Below, in pieces: positions 49,035 to 57,917 of a stretch of 64,000 nt of DNA. Position 1 is the first letter of the stretch, and each line of letters begins with the position of its first letter. The stretch covers positions 160,704-224,703 of the IMG/VR virus record IMGVR_UViG_3300036770_007495. One strand, given 5' to 3'. Below the pieces are notes generated by a model that saw only the letters and a program-made list of their open reading frames with translations, was not told where the DNA came from and made no database searches. The position numbers and the translations under genes were made by a program.

Positions 49035-51974
49035 TCAACCAGCTGCAAACAAATTTGTGCGCAGGCATTTGAATACCTTGTCTGTAGCATTGCCCTGTAG
49101 AGAATGTGCTGTGAGTGAAACTGCCAATCCATTGGTAATGGTGCCATATTCTACCAACGGACCAGTGCTAGTAAACAAAATACCATATTCAGAAGATGCT
49201 GCTTCTGCACCATCACCAATTGTATTGATCTCACTGTAGTGCACTTTGTTGAGCACTGTGTCTCTCACTTCAATGATGTACTTGCATGAGTTGAAATCAG
49301 TTAGACTGTATGAATCAATGATGCCAAAATCAGCAATGGATGTCTTCTCAAAATTTGAAATGGGCTTTGGATTGATTTCAAGATAGTGAGACGCATTGCT
49401 GCCATCACCAGTTGCAAGCATGTAAATTCTGCCATTGGCTGTAAGATTGATGGTGCCGCTCTTTTTAACAATGCCATTGTACCATTCAGTGTTGATGAAA
49501 TTGGTCAGTGAAGTCTGTGCACTATCACGATTGATGTACAAAGTATCAACCAATTGATTGGTATTGCCGCCAGAGAAATAAATTGCACTGCTGGAACTCA
49601 CTGTGCCTGCAACAGTCAAATTGCCGCTGATGGCAACACTGCCAGTCACATCAAATCCAGACAATTCATACTGCTTGATGTCAATGTATGTGATGTTGGC
49701 AGATGTTGCTTCAAGCAAAGATGTTGTAAGCGTGCCCTGCACCGTAACATTGCCTGTTACAGTGCCGCCAGACAGAGGCAGATAATTGCCAGATGCATTG
49801 TTGTTAGCATTGATCCAAATGGCTGATGCAGAATTATAAACAAGTGTCTGTCCATCTTGTACATCGGTGATGCGAACATTGTGCAGCTCATCCAATTCAT
49901 AGCCATTGTCTATTTCAACATAAATTTTTCCATTGACTGTTGAATTGAGAGAAAATCCGACCTTGACAAGGTGATTTGGTGCCTGTGGTTTGATGTTTGT
50001 TATTGCACCCGCAGCAGTTGAGGAGAGATAAAGTGTGGTGCCTTCAGGATATGCTCTTGTATCAATGCCTTCAAGCTCACCCATGGTCATGATGTAGCCT
50101 TCTTGGTTGATTGCAGTTGATCCCATGGTTATACCAATGGTATCTGCTGATCTAAGATCAGAAGTAGCAAGTGCAGGCCACATTTTGCCTCTGTTGCCTT
50201 GCACACCTGATAGATAAACTACTGTGCCTTTGGGAATTTCACTGCCTGTTTTGTTGACACCAATGATCCACAACATTTTATTGATGGGATACTTGAGTAC
50301 AGGATCTCCATCCATGAATACCAAAGTACGCTCAGCACTATCATAGTATAAGCGCCCATCAACATGAACAGGTGCAACATCTCTGAGGGTGAATGTCAGC
50401 ATCTCAGCATTGAAAGCACTCATGGTGCTTACATTGACAGTGTTGCCAAATGGTGTTATACCCAAATCGCCAGATGATGTATTAAATGTAAGAGTTTGAT
50501 ACCCTCCTCCACCGCTAGAAAAAATGTCTGCTAGATCCACACCACCAGACAGAATCTGACCTGTTGCAACATTGAGCGTGCCGTTCATTGTGCCACCATC
50601 TGCATACTGAACAGCAACAGTGCCGCCTCCTGCATATGACTGAGCATAAATGGCAAACTTCTTATACAAGTCAGTCTGCAAATTGGCAACATGAGACTTG
50701 ACCTCATTTGACATTTCTGTCTTGATGGCTCCCAATGCATCTTTGAAAACATTGGCTTGAGATGCTCGAGCTTCAGAAATGATGCCTTCATCAGGAGCAT
50801 TGTCTTTGAGAGCATGAACTTGCTCTGCAAACACTTCTTCCACACATTCGCGAACTGATTTGATTTGCTTGGTTGCTATTTTGTCAGCAGCTTCTTCAAG
50901 CGTCTGTTGAGCATGATCTTTGAGCTGTTGTTTTAAGTCATCAACAGATTCTTTGATTTGATCAATTTGCTGTTTTGAAACATCTTGCAGCCATGTGGTT
51001 TGCTTGGCAAAAAATGCAGCAATGCCATCATCAAAATTTTTGACGTTTTCAGTTACAACATTCTCATTGAATTCTTTGAGCTGCTGTTCAACATGCAACT
51101 TGAGATTTTCATCTGCATCCTTGATGACTGCTTGCAGAGACTCTGACAGTTGCGTAATTTTGCTGGTGAGCTCACCCTGCAGTGCATTCTTTGCTTCAAC
51201 ATTTGCAGCAAATATTTTTTCAGACAAATGTGTGAAAGTGCTGTGCTCTTGTTCCTGCACAACAGTCTCAAATTGGTCTTCCAGACGCTTGCATGCTTTT
51301 CTGAGCACATCAATGGTATGCTTGTTGATTTTGATTTCTGCAGTCTGTTTCCACTGCTCAAACAAATCAGCAAACTTCTCTGCACCATCATTGATCTTCT
51401 GATTGATGATGTTTTCCGCTTTGTTTTGAATGCCAAGTGCAGAAGCTGCAATGCTTTGACGAGCATCATCAATGGATTCATCAATGCGTTCCAGCAATTG
51501 CTGCTCAACTTGCTGCAAAAACTCAACAATTTTGTTTTCTTTGTTGGCTTTGGATTCTTCCTGCAATGCAGTCCAATTGTGCTGATTTTCTAAATCAACA
51601 TCTTCAACAATTTCTTCTTGTTCAATGAGATCATCAACTTCTGCTGCCTGTTCGTGAAGCAGTGCTTCAGATTCAAATTCTATGGCAATGCCATGCAGCA
51701 GTGCGTGTTCATTGATGAACACTTGAGATGGTGCATTGGATTCTACAACAACCTTGAACTCAATGTCTTTGTAAATTTTGCTGCCATATTCTACATCAAC
51801 TTTGATGATGGGGCAACCATCTACGTATCTCTCTGCTGATTTGATGAAAGCTGCATTTTCATTGAGCGTAATGTTGAATACGTTGAAAAATGCTTCATCA
51901 ACCTGGCTGCATCGAATAATGTTCTCACCTGTTTTAGTGAGATTGAAATTGAATTGTTGGTTGTCCAGGCGCAT
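49035..51974 (-). CDS. Chimeric virion protein: long acidic coiled coil plus fibre-type C-terminal domains
   Basis: E/Q/K-rich heptads over about aa 110-480, then GGGTVAVQY, GYELDELHNVRIT, YLPLSGGTVTGNV and IIDSYSLTDFNSCKYIIEV motifs. Confidence 0.65.
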   Translation of the reverse strand: MRLDNQQFNFNLTKTGENIIRCSQVDEAFFNVFNITLNENAAFIKSAERYVDGCPIIKVDVEYGSKIYKDIEFKVVVESNAPSQVFINEHALLHGIAIEFESEALLHEQAAEVDDLIEQEEIVEDVDLENQHNWTALQEESKANKENKIVEFLQQVEQQLLERIDESIDDARQSIAASALGIQNKAENIINQKINDGAEKFADLFEQWKQTAEIKINKHTIDVLRKACKRLEDQFETVVQEQEHSTFTHLSEKIFAANVEAKNALQGELTSKITQLSESLQAVIKDADENLKLHVEQQLKEFNENVVTENVKNFDDGIAAFFAKQTTWLQDVSKQQIDQIKESVDDLKQQLKDHAQQTLEEAADKIATKQIKSVRECVEEVFAEQVHALKDNAPDEGIISEARASQANVFKDALGAIKTEMSNEVKSHVANLQTDLYKKFAIYAQSYAGGGTVAVQYADGGTMNGTLNVATGQILSGGVDLADIFSSGGGGYQTLTFNTSSGDLGITPFGNTVNVSTMSAFNAEMLTFTLRDVAPVHVDGRLYYDSAERTLVFMDGDPVLKYPINKMLWIIGVNKTGSEIPKGTVVYLSGVQGNRGKMWPALATSDLRSADTIGITMGSTAINQEGYIMTMGELEGIDTRAYPEGTTLYLSSTAAGAITNIKPQAPNHLVKVGFSLNSTVNGKIYVEIDNGYELDELHNVRITDVQDGQTLVYNSASAIWINANNNASGNYLPLSGGTVTGNVTVQGTLTTSLLEATSANITYIDIKQYELSGFDVTGSVAISGNLTVAGTVSSSSAIYFSGGNTNQLVDTLYINRDSAQTSLTNFINTEWYNGIVKKSGTINLTANGRIYMLATGDGSNASHYLEINPKPISNFEKTSIADFGIIDSYSLTDFNSCKYIIEVRDTVLNKVHYSEINTIGDGAEAASSEYGILFTSTGPLVEYGTITNGLAVSLTAHSLQGNATDKVFKCLRTNLFAAG

Positions 51975-52008
51975 ATCTCGTTGCCCGGATATTTATGCAT
52001 CATTTTCA

Positions 52009-52257
52009 CTATGTACAGGGCAAGATTTCAAATGAATCATCTGGATACCACCAGATGTTGTAATTCTTTTTGAAATTTTCCAATTGCTCTGCGGTTGGCT
52101 TCTTTTTGGTGATGCGCATGATGCGATCACATTGAGCCTGAGCTGTTAAAAATTTGTATGGATGAGCAGCCATTTCACCCCACCATGCAATGTCTTCATA
52201 TGCAACTTTGTATGCATGTGTCTGTACATGCTGAGTAGCCAAGTCTTCTTTATTCAT
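52009..52257 (-). CDS. Hypothetical protein, last gene of the rml operon
   Basis: 82 aa; ATGA overlap with rmlA. Confidence 0.6.
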   Translation of the reverse strand: MNKEDLATQHVQTHAYKVAYEDIAWWGEMAAHPYKFLTAQAQCDRIMRITKKKPTAEQLENFKKNYNIWWYPDDSFEILPCT

Positions 52258-52970
52258 TTGAGTTCAAATTTGCGATTGCTGCGCTGTTCAATGGCTCTGA
52301 TCATGTTGGCACAATCAAGCAAGTCGTCATGATTGCCTGCATCAAACCAGAATCCATCCAGCTTCTGAACATACACACCATTGATTTCATTGATCTTTTT
52401 GATGAGATCAACAATTTCAAGTTCTCCTCGTGCAGAAGGCTTCAGATGTTTGGCCCAATGACATGCAGAATTGTCAAACACATACAAGCCTACAACAGCA
52501 TCATTGCTTACAAATGATGTTGGCTTTTCCACAATTTGCTCAATGTAACCATTTTTGGTTTTGACTACACCATATCGCTCTGGATGAGTGACTTCAAATG
52601 TGAAGATGCTGTTGGGAGTTGCATTGATTTTGGCATTGTTGATGATGATGTTGTCTCCCAGCACCAATGCAACATCATCTCCTGCAATCCATTTTTCTGC
52701 AATGGTGAATGCTTGTGGTAATCCTGCAGGCTCTGGCTGCACTTCAAACGTCAAATCGACATCATTGATGTGCCTCAATGCTTGCTTGAACAATGATTGT
52801 TGTTCAGGAGTTGTGATGACCATGATGTCTGTGATGCCCATGTCACGCAATGTCATGATGGGGTAGTAAATCATGGGATTTTTATACACTGGCAGCAACT
52901 GTTTGCTAACAGCATGTGTCAATGGATACAGTCGAGTGCCTTTGCCTCCTGCAAGAACAATGCCTTTCAT
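52254..52970 (-). CDS. rmlA: Glucose-1-phosphate thymidylyltransferase
   Basis: MKGIVLAGGKGTRLYPLT..VSKQLLPVY, EKP, KPSARGELEI, WFDAG. Confidence 0.95.
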   Translation of the reverse strand: MKGIVLAGGKGTRLYPLTHAVSKQLLPVYKNPMIYYPIMTLRDMGITDIMVITTPEQQSLFKQALRHINDVDLTFEVQPEPAGLPQAFTIAEKWIAGDDVALVLGDNIIINNAKINATPNSIFTFEVTHPERYGVVKTKNGYIEQIVEKPTSFVSNDAVVGLYVFDNSACHWAKHLKPSARGELEIVDLIKKINEINGVYVQKLDGFWFDAGNHDDLLDCANMIRAIEQRSNRKFELK

Positions 52971-53968
52971 TTCAGAATATAATGCTCCAGAGTCTTGGCA
53001 ATGCCACTGGAAAAGTCAAATTGTGGTTTCCAATTGAAGCGCGTTTGCATTTTGGTGCTGTCAATTGCATAACGACGATCATGACCAGGGCGATCATCAA
53101 CAAACTTGATGAAGTCAGCATATGATTGCGTTGCATTGCCACGTGGCGCCATTTCATCCAATTGTTTGCAAATGGTGTTGACCAAATCAATGTTGCGAAT
53201 CTCATTGCTTGCACCAATGCAGAAATGTTCACCTGGCTGTGTATCACCCATGAGCACTTGCATCACACCTGCAGCATGATCCTGCACATAAATCCAATCT
53301 CTCACCTGCATGCCATCACCATACACTGGAATGTCTTTGTATTCTAATGCATTTTTGATGACCTTGGGAATCAACTTCTCAACATGCTGTCCTGGTCCAT
53401 AGTTGTTGGAGCAATGAGTGATGGCTGCATTGAGCTTGTAAGTGTTGCAATATGCTTCTACCAACATGTCAGCACTTGCTTTGGTTGCTGAATAAGGATT
53501 GCGTGGATTGTAACAAGTTTGTTCATTGAATGCAGGAGCATTGGGTTCTAAGTGCCCAAATACTTCGTCAGTAGATACTTGTACAAATTTGTTTTGACTG
53601 TTGGCTCCCCAAATGCTCTTGCAACATTCTAGTAGGCACATGGTGCCATTGACATTGGTTCTCAAAAACTCTGAATTGCTTTTGATGGAGTTATCAACAT
53701 GTGTCTCAGCAGCAAAATTTACAATGGCATCAATGTTGTGCTTTTCAATGATGTATTGCATGATGCTTCTGTCAGAGATGTCTGCTTTCATGAACACACC
53801 ATATGAGCATCCCAACACTTTATGCTCATATGCAGCTGCAGGTGCATTGGTAGCAGCATATGTGAGCTTGTCTACATTGATGATGTTTTTGATTCTGGGA
53901 TTTTGCATGGCTAGTTGAATAAACTGCCAGCCAATGAAACCGTATCCGCCTGTTACAAGTAAGTTCAT
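52967..53968 (-). CDS. rmlB: dTDP-glucose 4,6-dehydratase
   Basis: LVTGGYGFIG, DKLTYA, FAAETHVDNSI, VSTDEVFG, YSATKAS, CSNNYGP, RDWIYV, DRPGHDRRYAID. Confidence 0.96.
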   Translation of the reverse strand: MNLLVTGGYGFIGWQFIQLAMQNPRIKNIINVDKLTYAATNAPAAAYEHKVLGCSYGVFMKADISDRSIMQYIIEKHNIDAIVNFAAETHVDNSIKSNSEFLRTNVNGTMCLLECCKSIWGANSQNKFVQVSTDEVFGHLEPNAPAFNEQTCYNPRNPYSATKASADMLVEAYCNTYKLNAAITHCSNNYGPGQHVEKLIPKVIKNALEYKDIPVYGDGMQVRDWIYVQDHAAGVMQVLMGDTQPGEHFCIGASNEIRNIDLVNTICKQLDEMAPRGNATQSYADFIKFVDDRPGHDRRYAIDSTKMQTRFNWKPQFDFSSGIAKTLEHYILK

Positions 53969-54855
53969 TTGTTGTTGATGTTGAAAGAAAGTTGATCAAT
54001 TGCCATCATCATTGCATCTTCAATGGGTGTCATGTGCAATTTGTGTGCAATGGCTTTGGATGCATCAAGTACACAATTGGATCTTGGTGCAGCAACTGTT
54101 TTGTTGAATTCATCAATGCTCTTGAAATACAATTTGTCTTTGATGAGATTTTTTTCTTTGAGCATTGCAACAACTTGCTGAGTATTGAGATGTCCTGGCT
54201 GTGTCAAATTGAAAGGAGACATTTTGAATTTATAAGAGTTACTTGCAATGTACACAACATTGCGAGCAAATTCAGGCAAATAGGTGAAAGAGTTGGTGGC
54301 ATTCAACAACACATCATAGTTGATGATTTTCATCAAATAGTTTCTTGGTGATGGTGCATCATCAAATGGAATTCTCAATCTGCAAACAAAAGCTTCATCT
54401 TGTAGCAACTGTTCTGCAAGTGATTTGGATCTGCTGTACCAAGAGCTTGTTGTTGATGCAAATCCAAAATTATGCTCATCTTTTTCTGTAAATTTGTGTG
54501 ACGGCAATTCACCTCTCTCACAATTTGCATCATTGTAGATGCATCCTGAAGAAACATGAACAAAAACAATGTTGTGCTTCTTGCATACATTATGAATTGC
54601 AACAGGCAAAAACACATTGCCTTCCAACACAGGCTGCTTGTTGATTTCGCGCTCACAAACATCAACATTTGGTGCACCTACATAACCACCACAGTTGATG
54701 ACTGCATCAATGTTCTTGTTGATGAGCAGGCGCGTAAACTGCTGCTCATCCAAGGGAAATCTCACTGAAGCAGTGGCAAAAGGAATATGCTGTCTGCACA
54801 GTTCTTTTGCAATTGCCTCACCAACGTATCCCGTCGCTCCAAGTAATAAGATCAT
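53965..54855 (-). CDS. NDP-4-keto-6-deoxyglucose 3,5-epimerase/4-reductase (NRS/ER-type; RmlD-like SDR)
   Basis: GATGYVG; G.PNVDVCE; SSGCIY; WYSRSK; RLRIPF...PRNYLMKIINY...NSFTYLPE; APRSNCVLD. These follow plant NRS/ER motifs (GRPNVDWCE, TGCIF, FYSKTK, PRNFITKIARY, NSMTILDE, APRSNNELD). Confidence 0.8.
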   Translation of the reverse strand: MILLLGATGYVGEAIAKELCRQHIPFATASVRFPLDEQQFTRLLINKNIDAVINCGGYVGAPNVDVCEREINKQPVLEGNVFLPVAIHNVCKKHNIVFVHVSSGCIYNDANCERGELPSHKFTEKDEHNFGFASTTSSWYSRSKSLAEQLLQDEAFVCRLRIPFDDAPSPRNYLMKIINYDVLLNATNSFTYLPEFARNVVYIASNSYKFKMSPFNLTQPGHLNTQQVVAMLKEKNLIKDKLYFKSIDEFNKTVAAPRSNCVLDASKAIAHKLHMTPIEDAMMMAIDQLSFNINNK

Positions 54856-54946
54856 ATTTGTGAATGATTTTATTTACTACAATTAACAACGAAGTCAATG
54901 AACCAATGAACAATGCAAAGTAGAATAGAGCCTTGGAAATACTCAT
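54818..54946 (-). CDS. 42-aa single-transmembrane peptide
   Basis: MSISKALFYFALFIGSLTSLLIVVNKIIHKYDLITWSDGIRW; TAAATA-N5-ATG. It overlaps the next gene by 38 nt. Confidence 0.5.
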   Translation of the reverse strand: MSISKALFYFALFIGSLTSLLIVVNKIIHKYDLITWSDGIRW

Positions 54947-54950
54947 GAGG

Positions 54951-57617
54951 TTATTTATTTGTTGATGCAACAACTCTTTCGTACAAGCCAAAGAAACCAT
55001 GCTTTGGCTTTGGTTTGTAGTGATCAAACAATGCTTGTTGCTGATGTTGTTGTAGCTCAGCAAAAGAAGATGTATTGCGAAGCGTATTTCCATCCAGATA
55101 ATACATCAATCCAGATCCATTGATGGCCACCGGAGTGCCATTCAAATCACCTTTGATCAAGGTTCTCCCACCCAATTTGAATCCTTTGTTGCGCATTTCT
55201 GCTTGTGCATTGGCAATATCACGCTCACCAAAATTTATAAACAACAATTGCGGCTTAAATCCTGCATTGATGAGCATTGCAATGTTTGGCAACATTTGCT
55301 GAAAATCAGCTGAATCGTAACCATTGCCTCTCAGAGAAATCATTTTTTGAATGTTGTCCATGGATGCAGGCACCATGAGTGATCTACCAAATGAATTTCG
55401 CAATAAATCATTGTTGCCAAATGCAAGTTCAGGACGATTGGCAATCAATTCATTGTTGGATTGTGCCTTGAGATCAGCAAAAAATCCGCGGCGCTTGTCA
55501 GCAATGACATACTTTTGACTCAGTTTGATTTTGGCAATTTTGGGATACATTCTGCCAAAATCAGATGATGGATCAATGATGGCCATGAGCTGTGCAAAGT
55601 GTGGTGCAACTTTGTTGATGAATTTTTTGTTGCGATTTACATATGCAGAAATTTCATCATTGTTCATGATGGCATTGGCAGCTCTAGTGACTACACTTGA
55701 TGGCTTGCGGGTGATGCTGTTGTCAATTGCAGTGACTATTTTTTTGATGCTTGTTTCTCGTGGCAAGTTTAATTTTGCAGCAATATCAAACAACCCTGTG
55801 ATGGTATTTGCATTTACTTCACCGCGCACATCTGCTGTGAGTCTGTTGGTGATGCTTTGTGCATACAAGTCAAATAGTTTTTGCTTGTTTTCGGGTGTTG
55901 AATTTTCAATGTATGTAGCAAAGCTGTCTAGTACTTGTGGTGAGCTAGCAATGATTCCTTTTGGATCTTTCCAGTTGAATGCACCACCCATGCTCATGTA
56001 ATAGCTGAATGAATCATTGATTGCTTCTACTGCAGCTTTGTACTCATCAAATCGTCTATCAGACTTGTTGATGGTACCCATCAAAGCTTTGACGCCAATT
56101 GCAACTCCCTGAAGCACATCAACGTTGATTGTTGCATCAAAATACAAGCGCTCTTCTTCCACAAGCTTTGCTATTTGAGAAGCAATTTTTTTGCCAAGTT
56201 CAGGTCTGTATGCATAAACCACAGGCAAAGATTCACTAATGAATTTGATGAGCTTATTGAAGCCTTGTGCATCATTATCAAGCAAATCCGTATCTTGTGG
56301 GAATGATTGCTTGAATGAATCAATCAAAGATGGAATGTATTGTGCAGCATATTTTTCATAGCTAAAATCAGTACCCACAAGACTTGATTCATGCATGCTC
56401 ACTAGTGATTTGAACAATGGCGCAAAAGATGCAATTTTTTTGCCTGGATAGTAGTTGCGCAATGACATCAAACCAATGCCAACTTGTGCCTGATAATCTG
56501 CTTCGTTGATCATTTTGTTGGTTTTGATGCCACACAACTTTGTAGCAAATGTAATGTTTGATGGAACCTGCACATCAGTTAACTTTGAAACTGATTCAAG
56601 ATCTGGCATTCTCACCAAAAATCTGACATAATCATCATACCGATAATGACCTGTTGGCCACTTAACACCATAATTATAAAATGCAGAACTGCCACTGGCA
56701 ATGCGGTCAAATGATACTTTAAACGCATTGGCAATGATGGGTTCATCATTGCTATGATTCAAAAAGAAATCCAAAATAGCTTCATAAGAAGCTGGTGACA
56801 TGGTGTATACAGAGTTGGAGTGATTGAATCTATTCTTAATTTCTGCTGCACTGTAACCATGTGAAGGTTTGGGTACAATGGCATAGTCCATGAACCCATA
56901 CACATCAACTGCAACCCAGCATGGATAGTAGTTGGGCATGAGAGGCAAGCACCAATAACCACTGCATCTTTCTGATCTACCGCTGGTAAAAAAGTCAGGA
57001 TCCTTTTTTGGATCTCTGTTGCCCATCAAAATTTTTGCTGCATCTGCTGAATCAACTCTAAAAAATTTATACATTGAGTTGGCATACACCTCATCAACAT
57101 TGTTTTCTTGAAAAGCAGCAAGAGTTTTTTGCAAATTTGGGTGAGTAGCTTGTTCAAAGTCATATCTGCGGGTGATGTATGCATCCATTGCAGCAATGAG
57201 ACCAGGCAGTGGTTCTCCTTGTCTGTCCTTGACATTTTCATCAGGATAAAAGACTTTGAAGCTCATCAAGTCTTTGCTAACTTCAGGATTGTTGCGTGCA
57301 GTCTGTACGCGATATACATTCAATGCTTCACGTGCTGCTGGCGCCTGATCTGGCGTAACATTGCCAGAATACAAATTGGCCATGATGAAATCCAAATAGC
57401 GGGAATCACCATTGAGTGCACCTGTTTGCGCATTTGTTGTTACATTGTATGTTGGATCAAATGATTTAGCAATGTTGTCAATGAAAGTTTCCTTGGGTAA
57501 TGTTGCTGCACCACCAAAAATGCCATGAGTATAATTATTATACAATTCTAAAAATTTCGGATCTTTGAGAATTTTGTTTCTTTTGGATGCGTAATCTTCT
57601 AATAACAAGTGAACCAT
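54951..57617 (-). CDS. Large late protein (888 aa), candidate internal virion protein
   Basis: TAAATA-N5-ATG; N-terminus MVHLLLE; no family recognised. Confidence 0.65.
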   Translation of the reverse strand: MVHLLLEDYASKRNKILKDPKFLELYNNYTHGIFGGAATLPKETFIDNIAKSFDPTYNVTTNAQTGALNGDSRYLDFIMANLYSGNVTPDQAPAAREALNVYRVQTARNNPEVSKDLMSFKVFYPDENVKDRQGEPLPGLIAAMDAYITRRYDFEQATHPNLQKTLAAFQENNVDEVYANSMYKFFRVDSADAAKILMGNRDPKKDPDFFTSGRSERCSGYWCLPLMPNYYPCWVAVDVYGFMDYAIVPKPSHGYSAAEIKNRFNHSNSVYTMSPASYEAILDFFLNHSNDEPIIANAFKVSFDRIASGSSAFYNYGVKWPTGHYRYDDYVRFLVRMPDLESVSKLTDVQVPSNITFATKLCGIKTNKMINEADYQAQVGIGLMSLRNYYPGKKIASFAPLFKSLVSMHESSLVGTDFSYEKYAAQYIPSLIDSFKQSFPQDTDLLDNDAQGFNKLIKFISESLPVVYAYRPELGKKIASQIAKLVEEERLYFDATINVDVLQGVAIGVKALMGTINKSDRRFDEYKAAVEAINDSFSYYMSMGGAFNWKDPKGIIASSPQVLDSFATYIENSTPENKQKLFDLYAQSITNRLTADVRGEVNANTITGLFDIAAKLNLPRETSIKKIVTAIDNSITRKPSSVVTRAANAIMNNDEISAYVNRNKKFINKVAPHFAQLMAIIDPSSDFGRMYPKIAKIKLSQKYVIADKRRGFFADLKAQSNNELIANRPELAFGNNDLLRNSFGRSLMVPASMDNIQKMISLRGNGYDSADFQQMLPNIAMLINAGFKPQLLFINFGERDIANAQAEMRNKGFKLGGRTLIKGDLNGTPVAINGSGLMYYLDGNTLRNTSSFAELQQHQQQALFDHYKPKPKHGFFGLYERVVASTNK

Positions 57618-57668
57618 GCATGTATTTATGCATGGTTCTTGAGAGATCCTGCGGATTAAGCAGCAAAA

Positions 57669-57917
57669 CTACTTGTTTTGAATCTTGATGAGGTGTTCTA
57701 CGAGATCTGCAACTCCATCCTTTTCAAGAATCACCTGATCACCATATGGAGAACCTTCAAACAGAATTCTCCAGCACCAGCGCAATCTTTGCCGCAATGT
57801 TGCTTTGTGTGTATTTTGCATTTCCCAAATGGAAAACTCTGTTTGTTCAAGTTCATCATCATAAGCAACGCGAAGAATTTCGCTGCTGCATGCGCATTTG
57901 AAGTATTGTTCTTTCAT
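57669..57917 (-). CDS. Hypothetical protein
   Basis: 82 aa; ATGA overlap with the YopX gene. Confidence 0.65.
   Translation of the reverse strand: MKEQYFKCACSSEILRVAYDDELEQTEFSIWEMQNTHKATLRQRLRWCWRILFEGSPYGDQVILEKDGVADLVEHLIKIQNK

Noticed and set aside
52254-54855. Rhamnose pathway used for DNA hypermodification
   Set aside because: No hydroxymethylase or DNA-modifying transferase in the window, a dUTPase is present, and the operon sits behind late-type motifs next to fibre genes. Not excluded by genes outside the window.
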